From positions 2,336-66,335 of the forward strand of contig DATMDV010000370.1 of assembly GCA_035557475.1 (NCBI GenBank): a DNA stretch of 64,000 nucleotides, given 5' to 3'. Position 1 is the stretch's first letter, and each line of letters opens with the position of its first letter. This document shows positions 45,121-53,789 of this stretch, in pieces. The notes under the pieces are model-generated. The model ran no database searches and was not told the origin of the DNA. It was given only the letters and a program-made list of their open reading frames with translations. Origin of the DNA: Ilumatobacteraceae bacterium. GTDB lineage: Bacteria > Actinomycetota > Acidimicrobiia > Acidimicrobiales > Ilumatobacteraceae. Both the position numbers and the translations under genes were made by a program.

Positions 45121-46127
45121 CGGCGGCCGACCTGACGGGCGACGACCCGAGCGCCGGCCGCCACCTGCACCCACGAGCGGGAAGCGCCGTCGGCGGCGAC
45201 CCGGCACCGCGCGGTCGCTCGCCGGCGCACCGACGGTGGCGGTGCGTCGCATCCATAGCCCAACTCGTCGAGCAAGCCGCCGGCGACGGCCTCGAAGCGG
45301 GCGACGTCGGCGGCGGTCATCTCCCGGCGCCAGTCGCGCAGGCCGGGCGTCGGCGGGAGCAGCAGCCGGCTGTGGGCATCGGGAAAGCGGGTCGCGGCGA
45401 TCACGTCGGCGGCCCGCTCGTGGTGGTGCAGCACGCCGTCGTCCCAGCCCAGCTCGAGGAACCCGCACAGCTCCCGCAGGACGCGTTCGGGCTCGGCGAC
45501 GAGCGCTTCGTAGCGGACCTCGCGATAACGATCGGAGCCCAGACGCTCGCCCTCGCGCCGACCACGCACCACGCTGCGGCGCCACCGCACGGCGGCGTCC
45601 TCGACCGTCGTCGGGCCCCAGCCGACGCTCCGGTACGACATCGCGACGTCGCGGCCGTCGCGGATGACGTGCACGAAGCGGGCCTCGGGGAACAACCGGC
45701 CGAGGCGGCGCAGGTGCAGCACGTGCATCGGCGTCTTGTCGGCGTAGCGGGCCTTGCCCCGTCGTGCTGCGGCGAGGGCGTAGAGCTGGCGGATGGCGTC
45801 GGCGAACGACGTCGGGACGGCGTCGGTGAGGGCGGCGCGGGCTTCGGCTTCGGTGATCGGCCAGCGGCGGAACGACGGGTCGGCCACGATCAGGTCGGCG
45901 CACCGCGAGGCATCGAAGTGGCGCGGCCAGCCGTACTGCAACGCGTAGTGCGGCCGGGCGTAGCGGATGATGAACGCCACCTCGTCGGGGACGGCGACAT
46001 CGCGGTGGGCGTCGAACATCGCCCGCAACAGGGTGGTCCCCGACCGTCCGCAGCCGACGAAGAACGGGAACGGTGGGCGGTCCGATCCAACCGACGGCGC
46101 ACCCCCCGTCGTCGTCGGCCCAGTCAT
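45117..46127 (-). CDS. sulfotransferase, family A, paralog 3
   Basis: PPFPFFVGCGRSGTTLLRAMFDAHRDVAVP; FVHVIRDGRDVAMS. Basic tail. 4-nt overlaps on both sides. Confidence 0.8.
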   Translation of the reverse strand: MTGPTTTGGAPSVGSDRPPFPFFVGCGRSGTTLLRAMFDAHRDVAVPDEVAFIIRYARPHYALQYGWPRHFDASRCADLIVADPSFRRWPITEAEARAALTDAVPTSFADAIRQLYALAAARRGKARYADKTPMHVLHLRRLGRLFPEARFVHVIRDGRDVAMSYRSVGWGPTTVEDAAVRWRRSVVRGRREGERLGSDRYREVRYEALVAEPERVLRELCGFLELGWDDGVLHHHERAADVIAATRFPDAHSRLLLPPTPGLRDWRREMTAADVARFEAVAGGLLDELGYGCDAPPPSVRRRATARCRVAADGASRSWVQVAAGARVVARQVGRR

Positions 46128-47146
46128 CGGCCGGTCGGGCCCTGAGCCGATCGCTTGGCCCGGCGTCGCAGCGGCGCGAGCAGCCGGTGACGGCGCACGC
46201 TGGCGACCGGTCCCCGCTCGTACCAGCCGCGGCCCTCGACCGCGCGCAGCAGACGCCGGGCCAGTGGCGGCTCGGGCAACTCCGTGTAGTCGAGCGCGCC
46301 GTGCGCGGCCCGCTCGCGGTTGAAGGCGTCGATGAGCGGGTTGAGGGCACCGTTGCGTGACCGGTAGACGAAGCCCGCGGCGTCCATCTCGTTGTGGTAG
46401 TGCAGGACGAACGGTGGTGTGACCTCGTGGGCGAACAGGGGATGCACGGTCACCGTCGTCGACAGGTTGGCGGCCACGGGCAGCCGCACCACGGGGATGT
46501 CGTCGCCGGCCACCGCGAGCGCGAGCGACAGCTGGTTCGTCCAGTGGCGCTCCTTGGCCGGCACGATGTCGGGTCGACTCTCGTAGACGTCGAGGACGTC
46601 GAAGATCCGCTTCGTCCAGCTCTCGCGCAGCTGGTCACAGCGGTCGCGGGGAACGGCGATGACCCCACTGTTGTAGTAGGGGTAGGTGACCTGCGCCGTG
46701 CTCGTCATCACCGCCGAGCGGCTCGGCTCGGGGATGGCCAGCACCGCGAACAGCTCGCGCCAGCACTGCGGCGGGTACGGGTCGCGGTTCTCGGGCTTGA
46801 TCGCCACCGCCTCGGTGTGGGCATAGCAACTGATGTCGCCGACGACGATCGTGTCGGTGTCGAGCGCGAGGAGGACGTCGAATTGGTGGGTGTCGATGAG
46901 CTCGAGCATGCGGAGCTTGTTGCTCGCGGGCGTCCGGCGGTCGAATCGCGGGACGACGCGGACCTCGGCGTCGAGCTCGGCGAGCCCGGCCTCATACCTG
47001 GCGTCGACGCCGTCGACGAAGTTGACGACGAAGGGCGCGCTGCTGAGCCCGCCCCCGAACCGGCGCACCGAGAGCACCAGGTTGTACGCCTCCTGGTACC
47101 ACCGGTCCCCGTTCTCCGCGACACAAGACACGAGTAACCCGCCCAC
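46124..47146 (-). CDS. GT-A fold glycosyltransferase (GT8-like)
   Basis: LLALDTDTIVVGD (DxD motif) and YYNSGVIAV. GTG start. Confidence 0.6.
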   Translation of the reverse strand: MGGLLVSCVAENGDRWYQEAYNLVLSVRRFGGGLSSAPFVVNFVDGVDARYEAGLAELDAEVRVVPRFDRRTPASNKLRMLELIDTHQFDVLLALDTDTIVVGDISCYAHTEAVAIKPENRDPYPPQCWRELFAVLAIPEPSRSAVMTSTAQVTYPYYNSGVIAVPRDRCDQLRESWTKRIFDVLDVYESRPDIVPAKERHWTNQLSLALAVAGDDIPVVRLPVAANLSTTVTVHPLFAHEVTPPFVLHYHNEMDAAGFVYRSRNGALNPLIDAFNRERAAHGALDYTELPEPPLARRLLRAVEGRGWYERGPVASVRRHRLLAPLRRRAKRSAQGPTGR

Positions 47147-47200
47147 GCGCCGATCGTACCCCTGGCACTACGGCGCGGTCCCAGCGGCGCCTATCGTGGC

Positions 47201-48037
47201 GTGATGGCGGGAGCACGCGTGGCATCGCAGGCGGCGGTGAAGGCGACGTCCGTGCTGGCCGACCAGGTGTGGCGACCACCGCGAGGCGTCGTGATCGTGC
47301 TGTACCACCGCGTCGGTGCACGGACGCCGACAGCCGTCGACCTTCCGGCGCCATTGTTCGACGAGCAGATGGCGTGGCTCGCGTCGCGCGGCCTCCAGAT
47401 CAGCATCGATGACGCCCTGTCATCGCTCGCCGGCCCCGTCCCGTCCGATGCCCCGTCCGATCCGGGCCCGGTCGTGGTCACGTTCGACGACGGCACGGCC
47501 GACCTGGTGGAGGTCGCGCTGCCGATCCTGTCTCAACACCGCATCCCGGCCGTGTTCTACCTGGCGACCGACTTCATCGAGCGCTCCCGGCCGTTCCCGA
47601 ACGACGGGGTCCCCCTCTCGTGGGCGGCCGTGCGCGAGGCCGTGTCGACCGGTCTCGTGACCATCGGTTCGCACACCGACACCCACGCCCTGCTCGATCG
47701 CGTCGACCCCGCCACCGCGGCCGCCGAGTTGGATCGGTCGCGAACCCTCATCGAGGACAACGTCGGCGTGACGCCGCTCGACTTCGCGTACCCGAAAGCG
47801 GTCGCCGGGACGGCCGAGGTCGAGGCGCTCGTCCGGGCCCGGTTCCGGTCGGCCGCGGTGGGTGGATGCCGGCCCAACCCCTACGGGCGCGCCGATCTCC
47901 ACCGCCTCACCCGATCGGCGATCCAGGTCAACGACGGCATGCGCTACTTCGAGCGCAAGGCACGTGGCGGCATGGCCCTCGAGGATCGATTGCGGCGGAT
48001 CGTCAACCGACGCCGGTACGCGAACGCCGTGACCTGA
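47201..48037 (+). CDS. polysaccharide deacetylase (CE4)
   Basis: VVVTFDDGTADL (TFDDG motif), AVFYLATDF, IGSHTDTHALL. Confidence 0.8.
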   Translation: MMAGARVASQAAVKATSVLADQVWRPPRGVVIVLYHRVGARTPTAVDLPAPLFDEQMAWLASRGLQISIDDALSSLAGPVPSDAPSDPGPVVVTFDDGTADLVEVALPILSQHRIPAVFYLATDFIERSRPFPNDGVPLSWAAVREAVSTGLVTIGSHTDTHALLDRVDPATAAAELDRSRTLIEDNVGVTPLDFAYPKAVAGTAEVEALVRARFRSAAVGGCRPNPYGRADLHRLTRSAIQVNDGMRYFERKARGGMALEDRLRRIVNRRRYANAVT

Positions 48038-48039
48038 GT

Positions 48040-48063
48040 CGCGTCTGATTGAGTCGGCTCACT
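48040..48063. repeat. copy 2 of the 24-nt motif CG(T/C)GTCTGATTGAGTC(A/G)GCTCACT
   Basis: See 16848-16871. This copy fills the 21-nt gap between convergent stops and includes the TGA of the GT4 gene. Confidence 0.6.
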
Positions 48064-49264
48064 CCACGCTGCGTCGCTGACCGGCTGGTCGCCGACTGTG
48101 GCGCCACCAGCGGCGGCGCGTCGCGGCACGGCGATAGGTGTCGAGCACCGTCTCGACGATGCGGCGTTCGTCGAAGTTGGCCCGCGCCCTGGCGACGGCG
48201 GCGACGCCCATCGCCACCCGGCGCGCCTCGTCCTCACCGAGGGCATGGATGGCCGCGGCGAGGGCGATCGGCGCCCGCAGCGGCACGAGGATCCCGGTCA
48301 CGCCGTCGTCGACGACCTGACGGCACCCGCGGATGTCGGTCGCCACGGTCGCCAGCCCCGATGACGCCGCCTCCATCGCCGCCCGTGGGAAGCCCTCGCG
48401 ATGCGAGGGCAACACGAACACGTCCATGCCTCGGTACAGCAGGTCGATGTCGTCGCGCAGCCCGAGGAACCGGACGCCCGCATCCGTTCCCACCTGCACC
48501 TGCTCGGTCGTGAGGGCGTCCGGCTTGTCGGGATCGTGGGGCCCGATCACGACCACGAGGTACCGGTCGCCGAGGGCCCTGGCGGCCTCGATCAGCTCGA
48601 GGTGTCCCTTCTCGGCGACGAGCCGTCCGACGGTGCCGACCACCACCTGGTCGGGAGCGGCCCCGAGCTCGGCGCGCGCCCTCGCCCGCTCGCCGGCGTC
48701 GATCGCCGGACGGAAGCGCTCGAGCGCGACGCCGTTGCCGAGCAGGAACGTGCGCCGCGGCGAGTTCAACCGCCACCGCACGAGGAGCGCGAGATCCTCG
48801 GGGTTCTGGATGAGCTCGGCGTCGGAGAAACGGGCGGCGATGCCCTCGAGGGCGAGCACGACGGCCCGCCGTACCCGCTGACCGTCGCCGATGTAGAGAC
48901 CGTGGTTCGTGTTCACCACCACTGGTACCCCGGCGAGCCGGGCGACGACACGGCCATACACGCCCGGCTTCGGGTTGTGGGTGTGGACGACGTCGAAGTG
49001 CTCCGACCGCAGGATTCGCCACAGATCGAACGCGGCCCGCAGGTCGGCGCCCACGTCCCACCCACGTGTCGACGATGTCAGAGCGATGTGACGGACGCCG
49101 TCGCGTTCGAGCGCCTCGACCCAGGGTCCCGGGGCGCTGATCCCGACGACCTCACCGCCCTCGTGGAGCACGGCCAGCAGTTGCGGGCGCAGGAGGTACC
49201 ACAATGTCGAGTCGACGGTGGTGACGTGGGCGACCCGGATCGGGGCCGCGGGCGCAACGCTCAC
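48059..49264 (-). CDS. GT4 glycosyltransferase
   Basis: The GTG start overlaps the ATP-grasp stop (GTGA). IRVAHVTTVDSTLWYLL N-terminus; VLPSHREGFPRAAMEAASSGLATVAT (EX7E). Confidence 0.85.
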   Translation of the reverse strand: MSVAPAAPIRVAHVTTVDSTLWYLLRPQLLAVLHEGGEVVGISAPGPWVEALERDGVRHIALTSSTRGWDVGADLRAAFDLWRILRSEHFDVVHTHNPKPGVYGRVVARLAGVPVVVNTNHGLYIGDGQRVRRAVVLALEGIAARFSDAELIQNPEDLALLVRWRLNSPRRTFLLGNGVALERFRPAIDAGERARARAELGAAPDQVVVGTVGRLVAEKGHLELIEAARALGDRYLVVVIGPHDPDKPDALTTEQVQVGTDAGVRFLGLRDDIDLLYRGMDVFVLPSHREGFPRAAMEAASSGLATVATDIRGCRQVVDDGVTGILVPLRAPIALAAAIHALGEDEARRVAMGVAAVARARANFDERRIVETVLDTYRRAATRRRWWRHSRRPAGQRRSVE

Positions 49265-50244
49265 GTCGTGGCCCGGTCGTCGGCTACGAAGACGGCCGCG
49301 TCGTAGCGCAGCATCACGACGCCGGCGCGCCATCCGTCGGCGCTGGCCGTCGACGGGAGGCCGACCAGGTCCTCGAGGATCCAGCGCGGGAAGTCCGCCC
49401 CCGCCTCGCGCGACAGCGGGAATCCCCCGCCGAAGCGGGCGTTGAGCTCGATGATCGCCAGCTGGTCGGTTCGGTCGTCGACGAACACCTGGATCGTGAG
49501 CGCGCCGAACGGATCGGGCAGCGCGTCGCACACCTCCACCGCCAGCTGCTCGAGCGACGCCGAGCGAACCGTCACTGCCTTGGCCACCTCGCCGGCACGC
49601 ACCTCGAGGCGCCGTCGGGGAACGGCGCAGACGCGCGCACCAGCCCGATCGACGAGGACGTCGATCGTGTACTCAGTGCCGGCCGCAACCGTCTCGACGA
49701 CGACGTCGCCGACTCGCGCCGCGACCTCGAGCTCCGTCGTGTCGCTGACGATGGTCACCCCATGGGCGGCACTGCCGAATCGCGGCTTGACCACGAGCGG
49801 GAACGGCCATGCGTCCGGATCGTCGCGGACGCTCGCCAACGTCGTCTGGCGGACGGTTGGAAGATCGTTCGCCACGAGCCACTCGTGGGTCGCCACCTTG
49901 TCGGCCGCGATGGCGACGACGGCGGGCGCCGACACTGCCACGGTCGTCCCGACGGCAGCCAGCTCGGAGCTGGCGGCCGCCAACACCGGCAGCTCGGGAT
50001 CGATCGTCGGCACGACGAGGTCGACCTGTTGGTCGACGCACAGCTCTACCATGCGCGGGACGAACGCTCGGTCCGTGCACGCCGGCACCTCGAAGCCGGC
50101 GTCGGCGCTGTGCCGCGCGCTGGAGTACCACGACCGGTCGGTGGCGATGACCCGACCGTTGAGGTCGAGGTCGTGCAACGCCTCGCGGAAGCTCCGCAAC
50201 AGCTCGACGCGCCGCCCGGCCGACGACACCAAGACGGTGGTCAT
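49261..50244 (-). CDS. ATP-grasp domain enzyme (carboxylate-amine ligase type)
   Basis: MTTVLVSSAGRRVELLRSF, PLVVKPRFGSAAHGV, IIELNARFGGGFP. ATGA overlap with the sugar transferase gene. Confidence 0.75.
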   Translation of the reverse strand: MTTVLVSSAGRRVELLRSFREALHDLDLNGRVIATDRSWYSSARHSADAGFEVPACTDRAFVPRMVELCVDQQVDLVVPTIDPELPVLAAASSELAAVGTTVAVSAPAVVAIAADKVATHEWLVANDLPTVRQTTLASVRDDPDAWPFPLVVKPRFGSAAHGVTIVSDTTELEVAARVGDVVVETVAAGTEYTIDVLVDRAGARVCAVPRRRLEVRAGEVAKAVTVRSASLEQLAVEVCDALPDPFGALTIQVFVDDRTDQLAIIELNARFGGGFPLSREAGADFPRWILEDLVGLPSTASADGWRAGVVMLRYDAAVFVADDRATT

Positions 50245-50909
50245 TCGCGCCGGGCGGGGAGCTGGGTCATGGTTGCGTGACCTGCTCCCGAGATCCCGCT
50301 GCGCCGCACGACCACCGGGACCGTCCTGGCGAGGATCCGTGCGTCGAGGGCGAGCGAGCGGTGGTCGACGTACCACGCATCGAGCTCGAGCCGGGCGTCC
50401 CACCCGATCGCGTTGCGGCCGTTGATCTGTGCCCAGCCGGTGATGCCGGGGCGGACGGCCAGCCGCCGGCGCTGACGATCGGTGTACCGCTCGACGTAGC
50501 GGACCGGCAGCGGTCGTGGCCCCACGACGGCCATGTCGCCGCGGACGACGTTGACGAGTGAAGGGAGCTCGTCGATGCTCGTCGACCGCAGGAACCGACC
50601 GAGCGGCGTGATGCGGGCGCCGTCGTGGTCGGGGGCCGTCTCTCCCGCACGTAGCGGGCGCATCGTGCGCAGCTTGAGCAGCTCGAAGGGCTCACCATCG
50701 CGACCCGCGCGGGCGTGCCGGAACAGGACCGGACGGCCCATCTTGACCCTGATCGCGAGCGCCGCCGCAGCGAGCACCGGTGCGGCAAACGCGAGGGCGG
50801 CCAAGGCGATCACCACGTCGAGTAGGCGCCGAACCGCGCGGCTCGTTCGTCCCTCGATTCGCCCGTTCGTGCGCCCGGCCCCCGACGACTGAACCTTCCA
50901 GCCCGCCAC
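50241..50909 (-). CDS. small polyprenyl-phosphate sugar-1-phosphate transferase (PglC/WbaP-C type, bacterial sugar transferase family)
   Basis: One N-terminal hairpin helix (VVIALAALAFAAPVLAAAALAI), then GRPVLFRHARAGRDGEPFELLKLRTM, DELPSLVNVVRGDMAVVGPRP and RPGITGWAQINGRN. Confidence 0.85.
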   Translation of the reverse strand: MAGWKVQSSGAGRTNGRIEGRTSRAVRRLLDVVIALAALAFAAPVLAAAALAIRVKMGRPVLFRHARAGRDGEPFELLKLRTMRPLRAGETAPDHDGARITPLGRFLRSTSIDELPSLVNVVRGDMAVVGPRPLPVRYVERYTDRQRRRLAVRPGITGWAQINGRNAIGWDARLELDAWYVDHRSLALDARILARTVPVVVRRSGISGAGHATMTQLPARRE

Positions 50910-50957
50910 GACCGCTCAGTCTTCCGCATCACCGCGCGTTGTGCCAATGTTCCGGTC

Positions 50958-51842
50958 GTGGGCGGACTCCGATCTCGGGTCGCGCGGCGGGCTCGGCGGC
51001 TCCCCGTGCTTCGGCGTTATCCCGTGACGTACATCTCGTCGTGGCTCGACGGGTACCGGCTGCGCGGCGACTTCGACCAGGTTCGCGCGTTCGTGATGTT
51101 CGTCGGCCAACCGCGCACCGGGCACAGCATCGTCGGCGCCCTGCTCGACGCCCATCCGAACACGTTGATCGCCCACGAGCTCGATGCGCTCAAGTACGTC
51201 ACTGCCGGCTACGACCGACGACGCCTGTACGCCCTGCTCGTGCGTGCACAGCAGGAGCGGATCGCCGCCGGCCACATCTCCGCGACCGGCTACCAGTATC
51301 TCGTCGACGGTCAGTGGCAGGGACGGTACGAGCAGCTGCAGGTGATCGGCGACAAGAAGGGCGGTCAGTCGACCGCCCGTCTCGGCGCGGACATCGGCTT
51401 GCTCGACCGTCTGCGCGCGACCGTTGGCGTCGACGTGCACGTCGTCCAGGTCGTGCGCAACCCGTACGACGTCATCGCCACGATGCAGCGCCGGGCGCCG
51501 AATCGCCGGCTGCCCGACGTCGTCGACTTGTTCTTCGACCTCGCCGTCACGGTCGACGAGGTCCGCCGCCGGGTCCCCCCCGAACGGTTCCACGAGCTCC
51601 ACCACGACGCGCTGATCACCGACCCGACGGCCACGCTGAGCAAGCTGTGCACGTTCTTGAGCCTCCCCGCACCCGCCGACTACCTCGCCGCGTGCAGCGC
51701 CATCATCTTCGACACACCGCGTCGCACCCGCGGCGACGTGGCATGGACGCCGGAGCTGATCGAGTGCGTTCGCGCACGCTTGGCCGAGCACCCGTCGCTC
51801 GAGCACTACGGATACGAAGCCACGTCGGCGGAGGCGTCGTGA
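50958..51842 (+). CDS. sulfotransferase, family C, tandem copy 1
   Basis: P-loop FVMFVGQPRTGHSIVGALLDAHPN; VVQVVRNPYDVIATM. Collinear with the next gene along its whole length. Confidence 0.7.
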   Translation: MGGLRSRVARRARRLPVLRRYPVTYISSWLDGYRLRGDFDQVRAFVMFVGQPRTGHSIVGALLDAHPNTLIAHELDALKYVTAGYDRRRLYALLVRAQQERIAAGHISATGYQYLVDGQWQGRYEQLQVIGDKKGGQSTARLGADIGLLDRLRATVGVDVHVVQVVRNPYDVIATMQRRAPNRRLPDVVDLFFDLAVTVDEVRRRVPPERFHELHHDALITDPTATLSKLCTFLSLPAPADYLAACSAIIFDTPRRTRGDVAWTPELIECVRARLAEHPSLEHYGYEATSAEAS

Positions 51843-52714
51843 AGACCAAGCAGGCCCACCGACGCCGCCAGGTGGCGCGCCTCGTCAACGGGGTCCGCGT
51901 GCTCCCCGGCTTCCGCAACTACCCGATGCTCTACGTCAGCTCGGCGGTGCGGGGTCGCCAACTGCGCGCCGACTTCGCCAGCGTGCGCACGTTCTTGCTG
52001 TTCGTCGGGCATCCGCGCAGCGGCCACAGCCTGGTCGGTTCGCTGCTCGACGCTCATCCCGACGCGGTGGTGTCGCACGAGCTCGACGCGCTCAAGTACG
52101 TCGCCGCCGGCTATCGCCGATCGCAGCTGTTCACGCTCGTGCTCGAACACGCCAAGGCCAACGCCGCGGCTGGCCGGAAATCGTGGGGCTACTCGTACGC
52201 CGTGCCCTCCCAATGGCAGGGACGGTACGAGCGGCTCGAAGTGGTGGGCGACAAGCGCGGCCGGCGCACGACCGCCCGCCTTGCCGAACGACCCGAGTTG
52301 CTCGACCGGCTGGCGGCCACGGTGCAGATGCCGGTATCGGTCGTGCAGGTCGTCCGCGACCCGATCGACAACATCTCGACGATGTGGCGACGAGGGCAAC
52401 TCACGCTCGAGTACCAGATCGACGAGTACTTCTCGCTGTGCGACACGGTCGACAAGATCACCGCCGGGATGGATCCGGCGCGCTTTCACCGTGTGCGGCT
52501 CGAGGAGCTCATCGCCCATCCGCACGACCAGCTCACCGACCTGTGTCGGTTCCTCGAGATGCGAGTCGTGCCGGGATACGTCGATGCGTGCGCGTCGATC
52601 GTGTTCGAGGCGCCGCGCCGTACCCGCGACGATGCGCCGTGGACAGCGGAGCTGGTCGACGACGTGCGTCGTCGAGCCGGGCGCCACGAATGGCTGGCGC
52701 CGTACGACGCATGA
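51839..52714 (+). CDS. sulfotransferase, family C, tandem copy 2
   Basis: GTGA overlap. FLLFVGHPRSGHSLVGSLLDAHPD; VVQVVRDPIDNISTM. The track ORF was trimmed from 50780. Confidence 0.7.
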   Translation: MKTKQAHRRRQVARLVNGVRVLPGFRNYPMLYVSSAVRGRQLRADFASVRTFLLFVGHPRSGHSLVGSLLDAHPDAVVSHELDALKYVAAGYRRSQLFTLVLEHAKANAAAGRKSWGYSYAVPSQWQGRYERLEVVGDKRGRRTTARLAERPELLDRLAATVQMPVSVVQVVRDPIDNISTMWRRGQLTLEYQIDEYFSLCDTVDKITAGMDPARFHRVRLEELIAHPHDQLTDLCRFLEMRVVPGYVDACASIVFEAPRRTRDDAPWTAELVDDVRRRAGRHEWLAPYDA

Positions 52715-52727
52715 CGGGCGGCGGACG

Positions 52728-53789
52728 GTGAGGCTGAAGTCGCGGGTCAAACGGCTGCTGCGCTCCGCCGGGTTGCGCCGGCGGCGGTCGCCGTGGGTGG
52801 TGCACGAGGATCAGCCGGCTGGCCCGGACCCGCTCGACTCGTGGGCGTTGTACGCGATCGTGGTGACTTGGATGGAGGCCGACGTGATCGCGGCCACCGT
52901 CCGCAACGCCCTGACGCAGGGATGCGAGAGGGTGATCCTGGTCGACAACGACAGCCCCGACGACACCGTGGCGGCGGCCATCGCCGCTGGGGCCGAGCTG
53001 GGGACGTCGTTCTCGACCCCTCAGCTCGACGAGATGCTGAAGATCCGCCTGCTCAACGAGACGGTCGCACGGGTGTCGGACGAATCACCCCACGACCACA
53101 TCTGGTGGCTGTGGCTCGACGCCGACGAGTTCGTCCACGGTCCCGGCGGTTCGACCGTCGCCGAGATGCTGACGACCTTGGACCGTCGCTTCCGCATCGT
53201 CGGCACCCGGTACTTCAACCACTTCCCCGATCGCCGCCCCGAGCACCTCGTGGGGCTCCACCCGCTCGACTTCCAGGCGGCGTGCGAGGAACGATCGGGC
53301 GACCTCTGCGACCTCGGCCATCGCAAGCACAGCCTCCAACGCTGGGATCGCCACGGACCGCCGATCACGTCGGGGCTCGGGTTCCACGCTGCCCGCGCCG
53401 ACGTCACGCTCGTCGAGCCGACGCTCGCCACGTTCACGCACCACTTCCCCTACCGGTTGGAGGCGGCCACGCGGCAGCGGTTCGATGCGCTCTGTGGCCG
53501 TGACGGCAACGGACGGTCACGCGTCGATCCCTACGACCGCCAGGTGCGGCGCAACGCCCGCACCGACTCCGACATGTCGAAGCGTTACCGGACGCTCGAG
53601 CACGTCTACGCGCGCGAATGGGCGAGGATCGAGAACCTGCGCCGCGCCGGGAACACGCTCGGGGTCGTGCTGCGCCCGTGGTGCGACGCGGTCGACCCGG
53701 CGGATGCGCAGTTCGCGAGGTGGTACTCGCCGACCGAGCTCGAGGCCGCGATCGCCGAGTGGGCGCTCACGGGCGGCGCGCCCCCGTGA
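52728..53789 (+). CDS. GT-A fold glycosyltransferase (GT2-like)
   Basis: YAIVVTWMEADVI, VILVDNDSPDDT, WLWLDADEF (DxD). The GTG 52728 start is uncertain. Confidence 0.65.
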   Translation: MRLKSRVKRLLRSAGLRRRRSPWVVHEDQPAGPDPLDSWALYAIVVTWMEADVIAATVRNALTQGCERVILVDNDSPDDTVAAAIAAGAELGTSFSTPQLDEMLKIRLLNETVARVSDESPHDHIWWLWLDADEFVHGPGGSTVAEMLTTLDRRFRIVGTRYFNHFPDRRPEHLVGLHPLDFQAACEERSGDLCDLGHRKHSLQRWDRHGPPITSGLGFHAARADVTLVEPTLATFTHHFPYRLEAATRQRFDALCGRDGNGRSRVDPYDRQVRRNARTDSDMSKRYRTLEHVYAREWARIENLRRAGNTLGVVLRPWCDAVDPADAQFARWYSPTELEAAIAEWALTGGAPP

